From Octopus sinensis (lineage: Eukaryota): a DNA stretch of 64,000 nucleotides. Every line of letters starts with the position of its first letter. The first letter of the stretch is position 1. Made by a program: the position numbers and the translations under genes. The stretch lies in NCBI RefSeq assembly GCF_006345805.1, contig NC_043000.1, positions 42,966,001 through 43,030,000 of the forward strand, written 5' to 3'. Below, in pieces: positions 55,039 through 64,000 of this stretch. The notes beneath the pieces were generated by a model. It saw only the letters and a list, made by a program, of their open reading frames with translations, ran no database searches and was not told the DNA's origin.

Positions 55039-55221
55039 CAATGGTTCTCAACCAGTTTTTGCCCTTTGATTCTACTTGGGTGGCCCTTCAGCAATTCAAT
55101 GTCCAAAAATTTCTACTGTATCTTTAATTATTAAATATGATTAAGAATTGTTAAAATATTGTGACAATAAAATCTTATAAGGATCTCTAAGGGCCATATG
55201 GACCTCAGTTGAGAACTACTG
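55039..55221. mobile_element. hAT/Charlie-type MITE
   Basis: TIRs CAATGGTTCTCAAC / GTTGAGAACTACTG; flanks acttacaa / acatataa match 6 of 8. Confidence 0.65.
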
Positions 55222-58200
55222 ACATATAACAAGGGTGAAACTGGTTGTCAGAGTAACTACTTCTATAACTAAATACTTTCTCATCACCATGAAGTGGTGA
55301 CAGTAATATTAAATGTTCATACAGGCAATAATCCTGCCCCTTAGTATCAATCATTGTGCCTCAACAACATCTACCATCTATGTCTTTCCTATTAAAACTG
55401 CAGTGTATAGGAGAATGTGTTAAATCAGTACAGACAGCTTTTGATTTCAAAGCTTTTACATTACAAGAACATTTTGTTGCAAAAAGAAGCTTTATAGTTT
55501 TAGGAACTTGCATGTAGCTCTTATGTTACGCTGGCAACTCCTACCTCACTATCTTCATATCTGCTACAATTCAACAGAATGGTACTTTAAATTGTAATAC
55601 ACAGCATTTTAGTTTGCTTTCCTTTGCTGCTTATTTTGAAAACATTTCTTGTTTTACAAGTTCTCAATTAAGAGATAATTAGAAACAAATTAACTGCAAG
55701 TTGAAAGTCACCAATAATTCTGTTGCCTACCTCCTAATCAACACATTAAACAGATCTATGACTAAAAGGCATTCCAGCCTTGATCATTCAACTATTTTAA
55801 GGATATCAAGAGCTTTCTCTAACTAGATCTTGTTTCTGTTTGGAATGGTGGATGCTATGTACAGAAAGGAGAGAACATACCTAACATATCTCCAGGCTGT
55901 TCAGTAGAAGAGTAAATATCCCACAAAAGTCATTTTGTTTGTCTTTGCATCTGCCTAAAAATTTTAAAGTTATACTAAATACCATGTATCATTTGCAGTT
56001 CTATCATTTGTTACTTGCAGTCTGTGAAAATTATAGACTACAGAAACCAAGTCAACTGAAGACCAGGATAGCAGATAAGTTTGGATGTTCAAAGGTTTGG
56101 GGTATTCCACTAATCCACTTTGGTTGGAGAGGTTGTCATGCTCCTAGACAAATTTTATTAGAAGTTATTGCTCTCCTAAAAAAAAAAAAACAATGCCACA
56201 TCTTGGTTGAAGAACATTATCTTTCTGGTATAGGTTCTATGACTAGATGCCCCACCTAACATCAGCCTATTTATAGAGTGTATTGTGTGCATTTCATCAT
56301 GCACAAGTACCAGTGAAATTGCCCTGTGCACCACATGGTTAAAAGTCCATAATAACCTAAGGCATCTCTACTCATCCAAAGCAATATGCCTAAGAGAGTA
56401 AATAGAAGTGTTAAGGTGAACAGGTTGAAGGGACCAGAGATATGACAGGAGAAATCAAGTAGGAGGATATAATAGGGAGACAGGGACAGTAATGGGAGAG
56501 AGATAGTAACAGTAGAGGGAAGTAGGAGTGAGTAGGTAACAGTAGAGGCAATGAGAGTCAGATTAGATAACAGAAGAGTGTAATGAAAGAGACAGTGGTG
56601 GCAGCTCTGTGTAATAAAGATTGAGTGACAGGTAATAGGGATGAGAGATGGAAAGACTAAGCAATGGATGACTGTGCAACCTGGAGCATAGAGAGTGATG
56701 GCATGCAAGACAAAAACGCTGACAGAGAGGAATGCAAACAGAACTATACAAATAGTCTTGATAAGAGAGAGAGAGGTAGAGTGATAGGGATGGTGGGACA
56801 GGTAAGGATACTGGATAAGGGCAGGTTTAGAGTAATTGTGCATCACTCAGGGACTTGATGCAATGAAATGGAAAAGGGTGCCTCTATATATTTTCTGTTA
56901 AAGAGTTTTTTTTTTTTCAGCAATTTTAATCATATTTAGAATTTAATGAACATTACCTTGGTAGGAATTAATCCACTTTTGCCCACTAGATGTGTGGAAC
57001 CAACTGTTGAACATGGCTGGAGGTCCTGCAAAGAATCTCTCTTATTCTGCAAAGAACAGAGAATGGCTGAGTGGGAGGAAAAGGTAAGTTTATTAACTAT
57101 TAAGATCCTAACAAAAAACTGTATATAAGTCAAAAGGCAAGACTTGTAATGATTTGAGCAGAAAATATCCAAAACCAGTGTCTTTATACAACTATTTGGA
57201 GCATCTTTGTGAACACTGGCTGTAATGTAGCGCTTAGTTTTAATTTTCTTTCTTTAACGTAAATAGTCATATGGGCTTTTAATAATGTTGCACATGTATA
57301 AAGTTAAAAAAAGGAGAATAAAGATGTTAATAATGAATAAAATGCAATTACTATCAGTAATGGTCATGCAGGTATTGCAAACAAAAAAAAAGTTAATCTC
57401 AGCTGTCCCATGCAGTCTAATTAATATAAATTTGCAGGTACCAAAAAAGTAGTTTTGACTTTTTATTTTAGCACAAAAACAGTTCACATTCATCTTGAAG
57501 TTCTATGATTTATATCAATAGATCGATCCATCCGTTAGGAATCTTCCTCCAAATGTTTTTGGCTTATAACCCAAATTACCTGAAAACATGTGTCAGCATG
57601 GGAAATGGATGTTAAATGATGACCTAGTCATATTTAAATGGGATTAATGCCATAATAATATATGTCATATTTAAATGAGATTAATTCTATGCCATGATAG
57701 CATGAGTAAGTTAGTTACATTGTCCAACACTTGCTTCATGTGCCACTAATACTGACTATATTTGAACTACTTTCAAAAGATGAAAGACCAAAATCAAATA
57801 AAGAAAAAAATGCAACATGCATAACCTTGTTTGAAGAAACGGATACATCACCAGTTTCTGATTGAGATAGTAGCAAATTTAACAACAGAAACTAAGTAAA
57901 CAGTAGCTAGGATAAACGCTTTTCCTTACATAACACAAATGGACAGCTATTGCATCCCCATGATGAATTTAGAGATTTTTCTTTCTATTGGTTTGCTCAC
58001 TTCCAATGAGCTACAGCAGATTTCATCACTTTAGAATTGCCAGTGGTGTTTGACTCAAACTGTGTCAATAAGGACCTGCAGAACTGAAATTCACACTTGC
58101 ATGCACATGTTGGGTTTTCAGTTTCCTTTTCCCAATTCCATTCAAAATGTGCTTGCATTAACATATAGACAGCAAAACCAAGCCCCAAATTATGAAGTTG

Positions 58201-59339
58201 TGAAGCGAATTTCATAGCCACACAGCTATGCACACATCCTCTCATAATTCTATACGGATGGTCAGGTTTGTTCCCTTCTTAGACACTACAATGAAGTGGT
58301 AGGCCAATATCAGGGACTATTTTGTCAATACACACAGATTGTATTAAAAACAAAACAAAAAACACTTGATTGAAATGGCATGAAGTAAATCACCAATACA
58401 ATTCGGTTCTTTTTCAAGAAGGTATAGCAATTCTAATCACAGTAAGAAATAGTGGGTTTTCAGAAAATTCATGTTGGAAATGAAGACGGAGTTCGAGTAT
58501 TTGAAAATTGACAAACCTACTCGGAAACGGATAAAATCCTTTAAAATGTTTTAGCCCGAAGGCCGCGGCCATGCTGGGGCACCACCGCTGAAATAGAATA
58601 CTTTCGTTACTCAATAGTTTCGTTCTTCAATAATTTTCGTTTGCACTTGGTCATTTATATTCAACTTATCAATATGATCTTCTATGATGTGTTAATGTAA
58701 GAAACTGAGATACCATTGTATAAAACTGATACGACCGTCTCTGTACAAGTCCTTCACAGGAGGTCAATGGAGTTTCAAGTTTCCATAACAACATCAATTG
58801 CATAAGTTCTGCATTAGCATTTCCCCACTACACACAAAATCTGGTTCTAGAAATTACATTACATTCCAATAGAAATTCAATGACATTAGCAAGATTGATA
58901 TTATTCATTGTAAAAGTGACATTCAAAGGCATGATTAAGCAATTTGAGAAGTTTACGTGTATTGGACTACAATAAAGAATGAAAGTATTCAATAACGAAC
59001 ACATTAACAAACAGAAGCATATAATAATGCCTCACAAGCAGAACATTCAAATGAAAATGATTTTTCACTTTCTACGTCTCAGTTCCTAAGTTTCGCCCAA
59101 GTTTTTTTTTTTTTTTTTTTCTGAAATGGCATTCTTAAAACATGAGTACAAGAATACATGCTGTTTACATATTCACGTGAAAGGATACTAATTAAAAGCA
59201 CGCCACACATTATCTCCTAGCTAACAATTCAGTCTATTTCAAGACAAATTTCTAAAAATCTCGTCTGATGAAAGCGGTTTCGAAAAATGGTTGGCGGATT
59301 TTAGGAATAGCTGTCACGAATAAAATGGAATTTCTTTAG

Positions 59340-59370
<31 letters not shown>

Positions 59371-60384
59371 AATTTAGAATTTTTCTAGACATTCTGGGAT
59401 TTCACGTGTAACGTAAATACTTCATGAGCCAATGAGGGGGCCAGTGATAACTAAAATTACACTGAATAATTCAGCTTTAAAGTATGATTAAAGAACACCA
59501 TACCTAGGAATTTTTGTAGATATTCGGAGTTCAGCATGTCAATTCAATGTAGTCACATTTTGTAAAGGTAATGTTCACGTACATATCCAAAAACTTTACA
59601 ATAGAACACTGACAAAATAATTTATCCTAATATCAACGATATAATTAGTAAATTATTAAAAAAACATTAATCCAGTATCATAAATTCTTTCGTTTAGTGG
59701 TTACTGCGGCATAACTATACAAGTGTGTCCCCGACTTAGTTTCCTAATAACTTTCAGAAAAATAGGGAAGTTTTGATGAACTTTTTCACAAATATCTTTC
59801 ACGTGGTTTAAGATTACGATTATATCGGAATTCAATGTGAAAAAAAAAATACATACTGACACTTTATGTCTATATAACTCGAAATTCTGAAAAAATAAAA
59901 TATTTGTCAGTATGTAATTTTGTTTTCCACATTAAATTCCAATACAGCATCTGAAGGGTATTCGTAAAAAATTTCATTAGAACACAATTTTTTATGAAAG
60001 TTAGTGGGGTACAATTGTGTAGGTATGCCGTAATATGTACAAAAGTTTATACAACCGCGAAATATATTATTTAAATCGTAAGTTAGTAACTTTTTATGAA
60101 TGTTTGGTGGGGTACAATTGTGTAGGTATGCCGTAATAATATGAACTACATTTTCGGAGGAACAACGGCGAAATATATTATTTAAATCATAAGTTAGTAA
60201 ACAATATTTGTACAAGCATTAATTCTATAACATGTGTCACTATATTTAAGGTTAGTATAAGTAGAAACAAATGTAATAACTAACCGACAACTGGCATTTC
60301 TTTCCCATGATTTGATATTCGTATATAGAACAGAGAGACAGTAGAGAAGTAAATACAAATGGCGAACAGCTGTGTTTACTGCTT

Positions 60385-60450
60385 TTCTTTCAAACTTTAT
60401 TTCCTCCAAATTTCCCGCCACATTTGTAAGCGCAATTTTGATTGGTTTAA
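60385..60450 (-). promoter_or_regulatory. Candidate cell-cycle promoter of the geminin-like gene (CCAAT - E2F - CHR)
   Basis: On the minus strand: CCAAT (60445-60441), TGGCGGGAAA (60420-60411), TTTGAA (60394-60389), in a CpG-retaining patch. Confidence 0.55.
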
Positions 60451-60702
60451 TTTCTGAAGCGTGATTAGCATAACTTATCGTAAATTGGATCGACAGTGAT
60501 ATAGTGGGACACGAAGTTTTCGTACAAGTTGCATTATGTGTTTACATGTAAACACGCAGCTATCTATCTATCTATCTATCTATTGCATATGGGTATGATA
60601 TATGTATATAATTATAAATGAGAGAGAAAGCAATATAATAACAAAACTGAGCATCACAACCCGTTATTAATTCAGCGCTAAATTAAACACACACACACAT
60701 AT

Positions 60703-60870
60703 ATATGAAAGAAAAAAAGTGTTCAGAATGCTGGATGGTTGTAAAAATATATGTTTATTTACATATCACATATTATTTCTTCATATTAGCGCTTTCAACT
60801 ACTGTAGTTTCATCAGAAATATATATTTTTACAACCATCCAGCATTCTGAACATCTTTTTTCTTTCATAT
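60703..60870 (-). mobile_element. Short fold-back element with about 50-bp inverted arms enclosing a minimal hammerhead-like motif
   Basis: Arms atatgaaagaaaaaaagtgttcagaatgctggatggttgtaaaaatatat and its reverse complement; inside, minus-strand CTGATGA-AACTACAGTAGTT-GAAAGCGCTA. Confidence 0.65.
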
Positions 60871-60904
60871 GTATTAAATCTGTACATCACCCCTAATACT
60901 TCTA

Positions 60905-60940
<36 letters not shown>

Positions 60941-61790
60941 TATATATATGTTTCATGAATAAAATCTATCTATTTAGGATTGACAGTGCTATATAAATAC
61001 ATTTTATCAAATCCCTGTCTTCCTTCTTTTTCATAACATAGACACATCAGCAGTTCTATGCAGCCGCTTAACTTTTAGAAACAACAGCTAAATCGCTCTT
61101 AAACCACTATCATTTCGTATTGCAAAATTATTACAAAATATTTATAAAGAGCTAGATACACATAGCCTGGAAATAATTACACAGGATGGTAACAGGAAGC
61201 ATGTCTTTGATCGGAATTCTTTTAAATAAAAATGAAAATAACACGAAAGAGAGAAAAAAAACACTTCTGTCAATTTATTGTAAATTATCGACATTATCAT
61301 ATTCTTATTTTTTCACCGGCTTTAATTTTTTTGGAATTCTAACCCTTTTGACACCCTCTTTCTACTGAAGTACACTGCCTCTGTTTCAATCAATTAATAT
61401 CGAAAATAATGAAAATTTAGTAAACTGTCATTATTAAGCTGGTGTTTGGAACGTGAGTTAACATATAATTTTGATGGCAGTTTTTAGTTTAGATCACTTT
61501 AAAACGGAATTTGCATCGTAGAATTAGGGGCAGACTTAGCAGGTTGTTAGGGGAAAATAAAGTAAGATTTAACTGCTATTTCTAGCATGTCCGACAGCTG
61601 AAAAATACTTTCTTTTAGTCTGTTAAACGGCATTTTTTCCCTCTCATGGTGAGGAATTTTACCAACTAAATTCTGCTCCCCTAAAGTTGTTGAACCGCAG
61701 TACTAACCAAAAGCGTGCTAAGATCGAAATCGAAAACAAACTGTTGTTCAGCGAACTTCTTAACCACGAAATGTACTTTGTTTTTTTCAG

Positions 61791-61918
61791 AGGAAACTAA
61801 TGCTGGCCTACACCGGCAATTAACGAGCATGCATGATTTCAATTGTCTGTCTAAAAGCATCATCTTCGTAGAAGACACATTAATTCAAAGTTTAAATCGT
61901 TTAGCGGATTTGCATACG
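61791..61918 (+). other. Candidate plus-strand exon (ETNAGLHRQLTSMHDFNCLSKSIIFVEDTLIQSLNRLADLHT), product unknown
   Basis: Acceptor tactttgtttttttcag, donor ACG|gtcagt, open frame over 128 nt. Confidence 0.3.
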
Positions 61919-62243
61919 GTCAGTTTTGTTTTTCTTTTCTTTCTTGTGTTTGATCGAAAAAGAACAGGGAAATTAATAAGCAAAGCAAGAAACAGGAAAA
62001 GTGAATAGAAACTATATAGACAGGTAGTTAAGGAGGTGGGGATGAAGAAAGATATTGAATGAAAACTAAACTATAAACTCATCTCGAAGCACTTTAACTT
62101 AATCAACAACTTGTTTGTTTTAGCAACGACAAAAGTCACTTCCGTTTTCTAACTCACCCACGCGCTTCGATACATCTCATGTTTATTTTTTATTTTTGCT
62201 TTGTTTTAATTTCATTTCATCATTTTTTTTTGAATTTATTCAT

Positions 62244-63948
62244 TATAATTTTTTATCTCATTTTGTATGAAGAGATTTCCTGAAATGACTAATAGTTGAT
62301 TAATTTTATTCTTCCCAAACACAAAGTTTACGACTATATTCACCTCGAATACGCAATTTGTACGTTAGAGGATGGGAAAGCTATAATTTATGAGTTTGAG
62401 TTTCGAAGTGTATACATACGTGTGTGTATGTATTCTAGAGTGAACAAGCCATCTTTAAGATAGCATGTTTGACATAGGTTTGATATCATTGCATCATATA
62501 TTCCTATAGTGTAAATGCATAAGTATACATAGGTACTACTTAAGAAGAGTGGTCCCGGTGCGCGCACTCGCGCATCCGCGCTAGCTAGTCGTAAGTAGTC
62601 GATCCTACAACGATTACCAAGCAAAGTAAATAAAACACAAAATAAATAATTTTTTTTACACAAAGTAAATAATTTTTTTTAAACAAAGTAAATAAAACAA
62701 AAACACAGAGTAAGGATCGACTAGTCACGACTAACTACATATGTCGTCAAAAATTGAGCCCATGTCATTCACAGTATTGACACTCTTTCGGTGCAAACCG
62801 AATGAAAGAAGTTTATTCTTTGTTTATACACAACAGTTTTATAATTGAATATGGTAACATACAAAAGGAAAGAGAAGAGAAACAAGCTATGTAGATACAT
62901 AATAGTAATTAATGTAATGTTAGTATTACTTATGGTGAATAAATGGGCATATATACACAAATGTACCCCACCTACTTTGTTTCCTCATAACTTCCACAAA
63001 AATGGTTATTTTTTAACGAAATTTTCTAGAAATATGTTTCACATGGCGTAGAATCCGCTTATATCTAAATTTCTTGTGATAAAGACGTTTCGGGGAAGTG
63101 TGGACAGAAGATTCAAAAAATTCACTAGAGTCGGCTTTGTTTCCTCATAACTTTCGAAAAAAATGAGTATTTTAAAATCAAAATATCTACAAATGCCTTT
63201 CAGCGTGTCTTGAGTACAATACAAACTGGTGGGATAGAACACATACCGTAAATCCTTGAGTATAGTCCGCTCTTGAGTATAATACGCAGGGGATTTTTAG
63301 GGGGCTGTACCTCTGAAAAACCTAAACCTTGTGTATAATACGCACCCCTTCTCTAACTTGAGTCAACGAGGTCTATATAACGTCCTTGGTTTGTAAAAAT
63401 GTATACGATAACGTCCTTTATTATTATTGTATATATAACATAATGCAAACGTGTAGCTTTTTTGTGCATTTTGTTTGCAGAAAATAAAGAAATAACAGTA
63501 ATAATGTTTAATAAATGTTGCTTACTGCAAGTTATTTATGATTCTTTTATGACTTCATTGCTTTCAGGCTTAGCTTAAGGTATTTTCGCGCCCGACATCA
63601 CAAAATGCGTCTGAATAAAAGTTGCAGGACAGCAAATAGAGACTCGGACATTGCTTAGAAAATATTTTTTTATTTTTAACCTCGTATATAGTATGCACTA
63701 GGGATTTTAACCTTTAAATTTTGGGGAAAAATTGCGGATTATACTCGAGGATTTACGGTACATATTGACATACACGTATGTATACACTTCAAAACTCACT
63801 CATAAATTATAGCTTTCCCATTCTCTAACGTACGAATTCCGTATTCGAGGTGAATATAGTCGTAAACTTTGTATTCGGAAGAATAAAATTAATCAACTAT
63901 TAGTCATGTTAGGAAATCTCTTCATACAAAATGAGATAAAAAATTATA
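62244..63948. repeat. About 185-bp inverted repeats (62244-62430 and 63769-63948) bracketing 1.3 kb
   Basis: tataattttttatctcattttgtatgaagagatttcc...gtgtatacatacgtg is mirrored at 63769-63948. Confidence 0.8.
63246..63758. mobile_element. Tc1/mariner-pogo-type MITE
   Basis: TA|CCGTAAATCCTTGAGTATAGTCCGC...GCGGATTATACTCGAGGATTTACGG|TA: TIRs with TA TSD. Confidence 0.85.
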
Positions 63949-64000
63949 CATATTGTTCACAAAAGTTATTTCATAACAAATTCCGATATAGTCTGACTAG

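Noticed and set aside
55881-55954. Minus-strand segment with good splice sites as a geminin coding exon
   Set aside because: It has stops in all three frames; at most a UTR exon.
56271-56846. 191-aa hydrophobic ORF
   Set aside because: It is the antisense read of a purine-rich low-complexity stretch, with no recognisable motifs.
59262-59290. Hammerhead-like CTGATGA...GAAA
   Set aside because: The intervening AAGCGGTTTC does not form stem II in register, and there is no stem III or stem I.
59990-60200. About 103-bp tandem duplication as an array
   Set aside because: Only two diverged units; likely the interior of an old repeat. There is no CRISPR-like repeat-spacer structure anywhere in this eukaryotic window.

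Overview
A repeat-dense eukaryotic window: AT-rich, full of microsatellites, with many tRNA-derived SINEs, LINE fragments, MITEs and DNA-transposon remnants. The repeat families look like those of octopus/coleoid cephalopods (inference from recalled sequences, not verified). One host gene can be assembled by hand: a minus-strand geminin-family gene with 5 coding exons (49628-49436, 45497-45415, 41562-41521, 41427-41338, 39921-39838; 163 aa). All introns are GT-AG with consistent phases, and a candidate CCAAT/E2F/CHR cell-cycle promoter lies near 60.4 kb. Most listed ORFs are microsatellite artefacts. The most interesting signals are: (i) fold-back elements carrying minimal or degenerate hammerhead-ribozyme motifs, Penelope-like; (ii) a 1-kb TSD-flanked retro-insertion with an unidentified ORF and no RT; (iii) a solo LTR inside a Tx1 LINE; (iv) a mariner transposase apparently split by a 3.2-kb inversion; (v) stacked R4/Dong-type LINE ends in (TAA)n; (vi) a geminin N-terminus lacking a canonical D-box. 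No clearly novel multi-gene system was found. All calls are by eye, without database searches.
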